DNA of 59,142 nt from NCBI GenBank assembly GCA_018398765.1, contig JAHBMJ010000018.1, forward strand, positions 1 through 59,142, written 5' to 3'. The position numbers and the translations under genes were made by a program. Below the pieces are notes generated by a model, which was given only the letters and a program-made list of their open reading frames with translations, was not told the DNA's origin and ran no database searches. This document shows positions 28,026-38,199 of the stretch, piece by piece (the stretch's first letter is position 1; each line of letters opens with the position of its first letter). This DNA comes from Chromera velia (taxonomy: Eukaryota).

Positions 28026-31000
28026 TCTGATTGACTCTTCAGTGCATCTGTCTCCATGCCCGTGTGTCCGTCTGGCTGCCTCTCAGTGCCCCACATAATT
28101 CATCTAGTCGCCGACCTTTTGAAAGTCTGTGGCGTAAATGATCGTCTCGCCAACGACGTTGCACTCCTCCCTGCAGGCGGACAAACAGGCACTTGCAATT
28201 AGTCAGATACCCAACAAGCCAGCCAGACACGTGGAAAGAGAACAAGACAGTCAAAGAGACACAGAACCACACACTCTAAAGGATTAGAGATTTGCGAAGA
28301 TAGTGCTGACATGTGGCTTTTGAACGGCAAACGGCAGACGCAGGCAGGCTCTGTATGGTCACTAAATCCAAAAAATTCTCTTCATGCGCTGACGTACTAA
28401 TTGTTTCCCTTGATGCCTTATTAGCAGTGATTGATCGGTTGGAATGCACCCTTTTCCCATTGTGTTTCTGTCTGCTCTGTCAAACCACTCCAAGTTCCCT
28501 CACCTGATCGCAGCCAGTGAGAGAACGACTTCGCTCTTGATATACAGAGTGGAGAAGCAGAATGAAGAGAAGGCGTCAGTAAAGTTGTGGTCGGGGGTGG
28601 GCACCAAAGCGTACCTGCGCGGAAGAACATCATGCAGGAGGCACCAAATATTCTCATGCGCACAGACACACAAGCCTTGGCAGAGCAAAAGCAAAGGTGT
28701 GGTGGGGTCTGCTGCTGTGGAAAAGATTACCGTATTTTCATCTGCAGAATGTCCCATGCAGATGATGCATGGAAGCAGACAATCACATTCAAGGATCCTG
28801 GCATCCTTAATTTGTTTACAACAGGTACACATGCATGCACCCGGCCACACACATCTATTCAAAGGCACCACGTCACAAAAAGAACAACAGACCGACCAGG
28901 GTACGGGTGGGTCTCCGGGCTTGGGAGGGAGGACAAAGTCCTTGAACATCAAATCGTCTTTGTGGTTTTCGATGTATCTGCATCCAGCACCTCGATCATT
29001 CATATAGAGAGTGAAGAGCTGCTAAATTGAAAGACCAGAAACACCCGGAATCTACACCCTCAACCACACAGGCAGCAGAGAAACAAACTGCGCACTTGGA
29101 ATCATCCGGCAACTATCTGCCCATTGCTTTTTTTCGGCTTTCGTTTTGTTTTTTCTTCACTGGTGCCTTCTTAGCTCGTTCACTTTCCCATTACTGAGGG
29201 ACTGGCGACTCGCTCACTCACTCAGTCACTCCCTCACTCACTTGTCAAAGATGATTTTGTTCATCGTTCTTGCAAAGTCCAACTGTATCTCTTTCAACAG
29301 CGTCTGGACCTCTGGTGTCTGTGCGAAGTCCTTCCCCTGCACTCCCGCGGCTGCAGCTGCCCCTGCTGCGAAGGAGATCTTCCTGATTTTGTTCTGCGCA
29401 CTGTCGAAGATCCGAGAGATCTGGTCCGCATCTGCACGCACTCATTCCATTTCAATCTCTCTCTCTGGTGGGCAGGAGGGAGGGGCAGAAGAAGTATGTG
29501 CGGTGAAAGCTTGTCTCGTGCCGCACAGGACTGTAATTGAACCATGCCGGCTGTCTCTGGAAGATAAGAAATCGTGCATAGCAGAGAGGAACAAAAAGCT
29601 GGATACACTTGGAGGGATGCAGACCCATGCAAGCTGTAGAGCCGCTCCTCAAACCGTCCTGATCGATCTCTGTCGAACGATCGCCTTGTGGGTTTCCACT
29701 GTAGCACGGTATTCCGCCCTCTTCCCCCTTCACTGACTGACCCAAGGTGGCAAGCTCGTCTGTGGGCATGTTGTCAACGTAAAATTGGTACCTGTGGGAA
29801 CAGAAGAGAAAAGCGCAAATTAACATGAAGGCAAATGGCACGAACAAATTGCAACGGGCCAGATCAGAAGCTTAGAGGAGGGACCGGATAGTCAAAAAAC
29901 GGGGCAGTGAAGAGGGGGAATTCGGGGAAAGCTTGAATAAATGAGGAAGAAGGCAGGCGGAGAAAGAAGACTGAACATGAAGTCTGCAAGCTGAGAGCAG
30001 CATGAGGCACGCTGACGGACCTGATGAGCCCCTCTGCAAACCTCCTGCACGTGTGAGCCTTTGCCACCCTGTCCGCAAAGATTGTGGGGTCTTCCGCCTG
30101 CATTCGTTCGTTCACACAGTGAGGGAGGATCGCTAACCAGAAAGATATGGGATCAGGTGCAGGTGCAGGGAACGTTTGTCTTCCTGTCCGAGTCTTTGCT
30201 CTCCGCACTTGTTTCCTCCAACCCTGAGGTCCCTCTGCAGCAATTGTGCCTGCCTAGATATCTTTGCTGTGCGCGTCAATAATCACCATTTGCCTGTCTG
30301 CAGTTTAAAGCCCGCAATTTTCCCGCACATAAATACCGAGTAAAACGAAATTCATTGGACAGACGCGTCTACCCCACCCTATGCAATGCATCGGCACATC
30401 ACAAGAAAGAGAACTGACGGACATCGAAGAGCAGTTGGAGTCTTGTGAGGTACCAGGTCTGTTTGTCAGAGACCCACTGCACCTCAAACTTGGCTGTCTT
30501 GGCATCGAACCCGCAGACCAGGCAGGGTACCCATGAGGCTGCCCCTGCGTTGTCCGGCCGGAGTCCCTGCGCTGCGAGGGGCATGAACTCCTTCTCCTTC
30601 ATCGACGACGCGGCTGTCTGGGTCTTCTTTGGTTCTCCCGGGTGGCTCCCGTCTGTCCACCCCATATTGATCCACTCCTCGGGGGTGCGTGCGTCAAATT
30701 CGAGGTCATCGAAGGGCTCTAGAGGAAGCCTGAAGGGAATTAAAAGGGAAAGGCAAATTGGTAAGATTGCATGTTAGTGTGAATAGAGATCAGACAGCAG
30801 AGAAGAAGTGAGACTGTTCCGTGGGTCTTCTCTCTCTCTGTCTTATGGTTGAGAAGAAAAGAAACAAACGATCGAAACAATTTCGTAGAAGAACTGAACT
30901 TCAGGAAAGGAAGACAATTGAGTAGAGAGGCTTTGTTACTTTGGCTAATCGCTACTCGATTGTGGCTCAAGTCGGTTTCCCTTTTAACGGCCAAGCGTGT

Positions 31001-31368
31001 TCTCAGAAAACACAGCAACAACAATTAAGCTGAGTGACAGATCGACTGACCATCTGTTCTCATCGAATGAAGGGTCTGAGTAGTTGATTCCTCGAACTGA
31101 GAGAAGGTGCTGGATGTCCTGACTTTGAAACCATTTCTTCTTTCTTTCCACCACCACCTTTCTTGGAGCCTTCCCGGGTGCCTGGTCAAAGGGCTCGATG
31201 ACCTTCGGGTCCACAGGCGCAACGTCTGCCTGAGCCTCCTTCCCCAGAGTGTTGCTGAAGTCTCTTTTATTGGGGGAAAAAGAGGTGGACCTCGGTGTTG
31301 CGTGTGCTTTCAAAGACTGCAGGTTCCGTGCCGATGTGGGTCCTTGGATCGCTTGCTGCACACACACA

Positions 31369-31405
<37 letters not shown>

Positions 31406-32045
31406 ATACACTCATATACACACACGCTAGCACGAACGCACACGCACAGGTCAAAGGTCTGACAGACGCTCGCAAGAAACTTTCACCCGCAGACAGGCGA
31501 GTTCCAGCAACCAGCCAGGAACAATCAGAGGGGTGACGGCCCCGACAGGATGCTCAAACGCCTTCTGGCACTTCACACTGTGTGAGAGTTGCTGTGCCTT
31601 GAAAAGAAGAGAGGACAAGTGAGTCAGTACAAGCAGAGCAGGAGTTAGTCAATGAGTCAGTCAATCAGTCAGTCAGTCAGCCAGCCATAGTCAAACTCCC
31701 GATCCCGCAGGCATGCAGGCACAGCGAACTCAAGAAGACTGGTCAGGCGAGCACGTTGGCACGCAAGCAGAAGCCCAAGCAGGCATGAAAATAGATTGCA
31801 GACATGCAGAGGGAAGGAAGGCGACCCAGACACGTCCCAACAGACACTTCTGATTTGTAGACGGACAGATGGACAGACAGGCTGAGCGAGGGACTAAAGT
31901 CACGAACCTGAACTTCTTCAATTCCGTTGGGTCTGAGAACTTCTGAGAAGACGCCTCGTTGACGGGTTGGAGAGGAGGCGGTTGACCGCATCTTGCCGGG
32001 GCTCGGGTTCCGGGAGGGAACCAGGGAGGCCCCCTGGGATGCCAT
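5826..32045 (-). CDS. DNAH1: Axonemal inner-arm (single-headed) dynein heavy chain, DNAH1/Chlamydomonas DHC2 type; ~53 exons
   Basis: Four P-loops in order: GPAGTGKT (~20690), GPTGGGKT (~19145), GPTGTGKT (~17300), GVGGSGRQ (~15550). Also CFDEFNR, the stalk/MTBD (12.7-14.4 kb), AAA5 [12 protein letters not shown]6 LQNCHLA and C-terminal LSTTGHSTNFV...ALKY*. The N-terminus [27 protein letters not shown] / [23 protein letters not shown] / [11 protein letters not shown] is characteristic of DNAH1. About 52 GT-AG introns were traced by hand, and the joins checked keep the frame. Confidence 0.93.
24759..24822. repeat. (CACT)n microsatellite adjacent to a dynein splice acceptor
   Basis: About 15 tandem CACT units. 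The minus strand reads (GAGT)n GAATGCAG|. Confidence 0.9.
27195..27293. repeat. (CA)n microsatellite forming the 5' end of a dynein intron
   Basis: About 50 CA units. On the minus strand the tract begins exactly at the donor (ATGCAG|GTGTGTGT). Confidence 0.9.
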
Positions 32046-32349
32046 GCTTTGTTCTTTTTGTGGTTCTTCTTACTGGATTGAGCGGGGCAAATGGGTTTAT
32101 CCCGCAGGTGTGGTGATCAATCTTACAAGCCAGACTGTGTTACTGCGGATGTCCGTGTCCAGTGCTTCTGCTTAGGCTCAGATGTTTCGAGTGTCTTTTT
32201 CGGAACCTGTGCACAGGTAGACTGCACACAGATCGGAGCTCTTCTGCGCGTGAATCAGATTTCCTTGAGTTGTCTGCTTACTTCACCGTCAATGGAAGGA
32301 CCAACTTGAGTCGGCCTCGTCAATTCCCGCCACTCACTGCACGCACTGG

Positions 32350-32660
32350 AGGACACCTGCCATGCAGACACAGGACTGTGCATGTGTGTATATATATATA
32401 TATGCACGCGTATATATGCACGCGAAAAAAAAATCTGTTAATTCAAAACCAATACTGAGAGTGAGAAAGAAGCGTATCGATACAGAGTGCCCCGGCATTG
32501 ATACGAAATTGGATGACGCAGCGGGCCCGCGGCCGCATGCGCATGCACGCGATATGCACGCGCGGGACCGCGTTGGCGCGGCCGGCCGGGGTCCTAGCTT
32601 GGGCCATGCATGGAGGGTGTTGCAAGTGCCTCGCCATGGCTCGCCTCCCTATATATAGCT
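32350..32660. promoter_or_regulatory. Bidirectional promoter region between the dynein gene (-) and the secreted-precursor gene (+)
   Basis: TGCACGCG x4 (32403, 32417, 32544, 32555), palindromes GCGGGCCCGC and GCATGCGCATGC, and a TATA-like TATATATA at ~32650. Confidence 0.5.
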
Positions 32661-32867
32661 CTCGCGAAAGATTTTGCACAAAACCCACGCACCAATTTAA
32701 AATCCACCTGTGTTTGTAGCTTTCGCGACAAGATTGGTGTTCAGTGCTGGTAGGAAGCACAAGTCTGGTTGTTTCATTCGAGTCTCGGGTTGTTTAAGTA
32801 TCCTGACTCTACTGTCTGTTTAGTTGTCTTCGGGTTTTCCATTCCCTTTTTGAATCTTTCTTCCAAG

Positions 32868-33865
32868 ATGCAGTTTCTGGCCGTCTCCGCTGCCGCACTC
32901 TTGTCTGTGGCTCTTGCACAGGAGGCTGCTGAGTCCACCGTGCCCAGGTGCCTCAACCTCACCGAAGGACAGGATCGATTCCTGATGCTTGGCGCCGTCG
33001 GTAAGTCTCCTGCTCCCTCTTCGTTACTGCAGCACGCAATTTGAATGATGTTGCAACCTCTCTCTGCTTTACTGGGAGACACAGAGTATGCAACATCCCT
33101 CACCGTCCCTCACTTGTCTTTGTCTGTGCCTCTCTCTCTGCAGGTAACACTCTTGCCGGCTGGACTGAGAGGGCAGTGGGTAACTACACCTTCGACATTG
33201 CCATGCCTGGCATCTGCCCTGTTGCCGTCGATGTTGTCGACAATGAGGTCCTCGAGGTCTTCCTCGATGGAGAATACCCTTCCTTCTGGCCCACCGTTGT
33301 TGGAGAGGAGGCAAACCTGACCTCTTGCGAGAACCTCCCCGAGGATTTCGACAACTGGGGTGTCTTCACCATCGACCACATCCTCATGGAGATGCTGATG
33401 AACGTCAGAGACGCCAACGCTACCCATGCCTGCTGGGAGACGTCCAAGACCAACAACACCTACTCTGCCTTCATGCACGTCGATTTCGAAGACGAGAACG
33501 GAAGGGACGACATCACCGCTGTCGTGTGGAATCTCAAGCCCCTCACCCCTCAGGAGACTGCTGAGCTGATCACCTCCTATGAGGCCGCCGCTGCCGCTCG
33601 TGAGGGCGCCACCGACGGAACCCGTCGTCTCCTCAGACCCGCCTCTGAGCGAAGACTCTTCGGAGGTGCACGCCGTGTCGGTCGCCGTGCTGGTCGTCGT
33701 TCTCGCACTGTCGTTGGCGGTGCTGTTCGTGGTGCTACCCGTGGTGCCATTCGCGGTGCCGTCGTCGGTGCTTCCCTCGCTGGAGCTGCCGTGGGAGCCC
33801 GCGCAGGTGCCCGTTCCTCTTTCCGTAACAACTACGTGTGGGGCCGCCCCTACTACTGGGGTTAA
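32868..33865 (+). CDS. Secreted precursor protein (~284 aa): signal peptide, acidic Cys-containing domain, RRL motifs, cationic Gly/Arg-rich C-terminal peptide; 2 exons (32868-33000, 33144-33865)
   Basis: Signal peptide MQFLAVSAAALLSVALA. A GTAAGT...CTGCAG intron (33001-33143) joins it in frame to ORF 33041-33865. Codon usage is strongly C/T-ending. Confidence 0.85.
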
Positions 33866-35870
33866 GCGGGGATTGTCAGCCTGAGGGGGGGAAGGGGAAG
33901 CATGGTGATGGATTTGACAGAAGTGCGCATCCCTCAGTGTCCTTTTTTCTCGTTTTCCGGTTTTACGTTGCTTTCCTCTCTTGTACTTGTACTTGTACTT
34001 GTACTTGTCCTTCCTTGCCCTTGGGTCACTATTTGTGAAGTTTCTTTCCAGACTTGCCTTCAATATGTCTTGTGAAGTGAATGTATGCGGTTTCTGCAAA
34101 CGAACGGATGAAAACGCGAAGGACAAAGTGAGTCCCTTCGTGTCAACTGTCGTCGCCTGTAAGCAGCCTATCGTAGCGAGCTTGCAGCCACGACTGGCGT
34201 GAATACACGAAGAGTGTTCCATTAGAAAGAAGTGAAAGAAAGTTAAGGAAAGATTACGAAGAAGAGGTTGAGCGGTGGGGCTGTTCAGGATGCCCCCTCT
34301 TTTATTTTTGTGGACATTGCTTTTGATTTCTTGACGTGCGCAGTGATTCTCTTTCTTTTCGCTGTGTGGCCACAGACGTGAAGGTGTGCAGCAATGTCAG
34401 ACAGGCAGGCAGACGAGTAGACAGTCAGGCAGTCGAGTCGTTATTTCGGGGTGGTTGCTGTAGATCCCTGCATCTTCGCAGGGTGGGAGACTGACTGCTG
34501 CAAGCGGCGCAGTCCCTGGCCGCCTCTACAGCTCCAATGTATCCTCTGTGGTGTCCCGACTGCTCCTTTTCCCCTTCGTCTCGCCAAAGTCCCAAACGGT
34601 CTCAGAGCTTCAACAAGCCATCACGGTTTCAAGTACAGCATCAACCCCATCAACATCATCATCAAGAACAACAACTCCCTCTGTTGCTTGGAAGTTGTTG
34701 TTGTTCTTGAGATTCGTGATGGTCTTTGCGCAGCTCTGAGAGCGGATGCGCTGCTACATGCCTCTTTGTGGCGTACCCGAGAGGCGTTTTGGAATATGAT
34801 GCGTCCCTGCAGATTGTTTTGGGACGGCTCTCGAGTAATAGCGTTGATCATTGTGACACGTCGGCCCACCGCACTACCCTTCCGCCTTTTACATCCGAAT
34901 CGCCTGCATACGCACGTGTATGTATCCATACTGTCGGGTCATCTTTCAAACATCGATTCAATGCAATCCAGACAAGAGCTGTGGGGGTCCCTGCATGCGT
35001 GCATGTGGGGTGGGAGGCTGTTCTGCAAGCGGTGCTCATGGGGCAGTCCCTGGCCGCGCCTTCACACAAAGAACCTAGCAAAGAACCTTCAAGCATGATT
35101 TGAACTAAGATTTAAAGCATCCTCACACAGGTCCCTAACTTAAGTTAATTCTTCTACGTTCATACCTAGGTTCATACTATATCGTTCATATATAGGAACC
35201 TAGCTAGGCTCTGCACCGATAGCTATGCACAGACTGCACTCCACTACACAGTACGGTTATATAGGAGTTACTACCAGCCCCTTTTAGCTAGCTTTTTAGC
35301 TAGTAGCGAGTTACCATCATGGAGTTTGGTAACCATGAGATGGTAGCGGACTTGAAGGCATGTACCACTACCATGGTAGTTCAAGGGAAAACTTGGGTAA
35401 AAACAGTTGCTAAACCCATTTTAAAGCCTGCCCTATAGAATTGGGAGTTGAATTAGGTGTCGAATTGGTAGTACTACCAATTTTTTACCGCCGGTAACTC
35501 CTAATTTTGAAAAATTGGTACCTAGTCTAGTGAAAGAAGTACATAGAGTTTGAAGCTAAAATTTTGTGTACGGGCTAGACAGGGCCTTACTAGTCTCTAG
35601 CCGGAGTCATTAGACTCTAATTCATTAGTAGGAACAAATTCTATGAACACTTAGAGTCACCTAAAAATTGGGAGTTACCAATTTTTTTTTAGGACTAACT
35701 ACCAATTTTTAAGAAAATCAACACCCAATTTTTTTGGGGGGACTACCAATTTTATAACTTCTCCTAGAAAGTAAAACATATGTGGAAAGAAAGAACGCTG
35801 TAATAGAACGGTGTTGCAGCTGCATAGAATTTCATAAATCCATAAATTTTGTATAGTTTCATAGTGTTAT

Positions 35871-36560
35871 TCATGCTCGAAGTCCCTCCTGGCGTAACAC
35901 ATCGGCAAAATATGCTTGCATGGCTTTCTTTCTCTTGCACAACCATGCAAAAACCAGATCTTCTAGAATAAAACGATCATATGAATAACGTCCCCCCTGT
36001 AGGACAAAACGTTTGCAAACCTTCTTATGATACGATTCAAAGCCGTAGCATTTCGCTATGTTCAACCCCCCAAACCGGCGGATCCACACCGGGAAGTGCG
36101 AGTAGAAGTGAGTCTTTGGGACCGCCCACCCATAAGATTTGCAAAAAAGGTCTTGCCAAGTCTTTATCACCATCTTCAGCTCTGCAAGTTTCTCGTCCGT
36201 GATTGAACCTGTCAACGTGGAAAGGATCTACGAATGCAAGTAAAAAGAACAAGCAGGAGGGTTCTCTACAATAAAAATGTCCGGGCACCTTTTTTTCATA
36301 AACTCAACCATGCGAGAGAAAACGTGTCTGACATCTGCAGCCCCCAATTTAATCTTTCTATTGTTTCTCGGAATCCTTCGGACCCACTGAGTAGGGGGTA
36401 GCCCTGTTTTTTGCCACATATCTGAATCAAACAGAAACGAATTCAATTCCTCCATCTGAAAGAGCTTCTTCTCATTCCCTGCCCAAATAAAAAAAAGTCC
36501 CAGCTCTTTTTTCGCTTCACCCTCGTCTGCGATATGCAAAATATCATGTTGAACGGACCG
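35871..36560 (-). pseudogene. C-terminal half of a CMC/EnSpm (Plavaka-like) DDE transposase with one in-frame stop
   Basis: HDILHIADEG (DxxH motif) and PKTHFYSHFPVWIRRFG...CYGFESYHKKVCK (catalytic-Glu region). ORFs 36228-36707 and 35871-36215 are in the same frame, separated by a single TAG at 36228-36230. Confidence 0.8.
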
Positions 36561-36712
36561 CAGGATGGAAAAGAAAAGCAGAGACAACAAAGGGGAAAGA
36601 ACAAAAGAAAAAGAAGAAATCGAAAAGTGAAAGTTCTCGTCAGCGCCCCCCTCCTCCCCAGCGCTCTGCAACCATGGTCGCACAAAGCCGACAGAGGGAG
36701 AGGTCAAAGGAA

Positions 36713-37084
36713 ATGGACAAGGATGGATTTGTTATCCCCACCAAGTTTCGAGAGAGATTTGTTGTGAGGAGAGAGCTGAACATCGCTCATGCAATGTTTT
36801 CAGATGTCAAGTTCACCGTGAAGATTTTGGAGCTGAAAGAGCTCACAGATGATCACAGAAAAAAGGCAGACATCGGAATTTTCCCAGATAATTCCTTGGT
36901 CGTTTTTCAGTACACCCATGTTGTCCCCCCCCAAAATCTGTCAGAAGAGAAGAAGAAGGAATATAATCTCCATTTGAGGCGTCTGGGAACCACTAAGTGG
37001 GAGATGTTCGGGAGAGAGGGGCATGATCTGAACAAAGATCAGCAGCCACTGTCCGGCATATGGAGGGATTATGAATTCTGGTAG
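36713..37084 (+). CDS. Fragment of a second, oppositely oriented gene of unknown function inside the CMC element
   Basis: Protein-like ORF of ~123 aa (MDKDGFVIPTKF...WRDYEFW) running into a possible 60-nt intron GTAGGC...GTGCAG (37081-37140). Confidence 0.45.
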   Translation: MDKDGFVIPTKFRERFVVRRELNIAHAMFSDVKFTVKILELKELTDDHRKKADIGIFPDNSLVVFQYTHVVPPQNLSEEKKKEYNLHLRRLGTTKWEMFGREGHDLNKDQQPLSGIWRDYEFW

Positions 37085-38199
37085 GCTTACATGGTCGATT
37101 GGATCGATTTTCGCTCTGTTTTCTGTACTGGTACGTGCAGCTTGTGTAGAGTTGTCCACTGTCCGTTTTGCATTATATTAGCGGTGCACTATGACACATA
37201 AAACAAAAGTTTCAAGTTGACTCCCAATTTTTTTTTTTTGTACTACCAATTTTTTTTTCGGCGGTCCTAAAAAATTCCTATTTAAAAATTGGTAACTCCC
37301 AATTTTTAGGTGACTCTAAGTGTTCATAGAATTTGTTCCTACTAATGAATTAGAGTCTAATGACTCCGGCTAGAGACTAGTGAACCCCTGTCTAGCCCGT
37401 ACATAAAATTTTAGCTTCAAACTCTATGTACTTCTTTCACTAGACTAGGTACCAATTTTTCAAAATTGGGAGTTACTGGCGGTAAAAAATTGGTAGTACT
37501 ACCAATTCGACACCCAATTCAACTCCCAATTCTTTAGGGTGACCACTTAACCCATTAGTAGTTTAAAGCCCTGAAATGATCATATTTAAATAGTATATGC
37601 TATATATATATATATATATATATATAAGGATATACTAGTCAGAGCAAGTTAAAGTTCAGTCATAAAATGATGAACATTGAGTTTTACTAGAATAAACTTT
37701 TGATAAATACCAAAAATATGATTTTTACTGGTCTTAATAGTCTAAAATTGGTTTTATACCAGGTTTTATAAGTTAAGTTTGACTCAGAATATGGCTAAAT
37801 CTGCCTGTTTTTAGCTACTACCACTACTATTGGAACACTACTACCGTAACCACAAAATTGCTAACCAGGCTGCCTAGCGGCCACCTAGTAACCGTCTTAC
37901 TTTCGTTACTTCTAACCGTACTGTGTAGCACTCCGCAAACTAGTCCGCAAAGAAAAAGAAAAAAATGTACGGAGTTTTTCTGATTTTTTTTTTTTTTAAT
38001 TTATTTATGAACCATGGAAACATATATATAGTTTTCAATTTAACAATCACGCAACACTTGAATAACAGTTGTTTGCCTGTTGACTAGCAGTGACCTAGGC
38101 AGTGACTGCCTTTATAATATTGAAGGTAACAATTTAACTAAGTAACAAAAGTTAGAGCAAAAGTGGCCTACATGTTATAGTGCAGCTATTAGTACTAGG

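Larger units (their letters stand above)
35431..37539. mobile_element. CMC/EnSpm-superfamily DNA transposon, internally deleted, with 256-bp TIRs
   Basis: TIRs at 35431-35686 and 37284-37539 (8 mismatches by hand alignment), termini CCCTA...TAGGG, 2-bp TSD TG/TG, and a transposase remnant inside. Confidence 0.9.
35245..37927. mobile_element. Non-autonomous TIR element (~575 bp after removing the nested insert), host to the CMC element
   Basis: Perfect 15-bp TIR TACACAGTACGGTTA (35245-35259) / TAACCGTACTGTGTA (37913-37927), flanked by a 9-bp near-duplication GCACTCCAC (35236-35244) / GCACTCCGC (37928-37936). Confidence 0.8.

Noticed and set aside
5826..32045. Many overlapping plus-strand and off-frame ORFs; possible nested genes or non-canonical introns in dynein
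   Set aside because: These are antisense shadows of GC-rich exons or microsatellite read-through. All traced introns were GT-AG and short.
33110..34222. 370-aa minus-strand ORF
   Set aside because: It is antisense to the codon-biased secreted-protein exon and extends into simple repeats.
34451..35103. 215-aa ORF and neighbouring ORFs
   Set aside because: No recognisable domain or consistent splice structure. It could be a decayed fragment, but I cannot support that.
35247..35253. CACAGT as a RAG/Transib recombination signal
   Set aside because: There is no nonamer-like element and no 5-bp TSD, and the heptamer is imperfect (CACAGTA).
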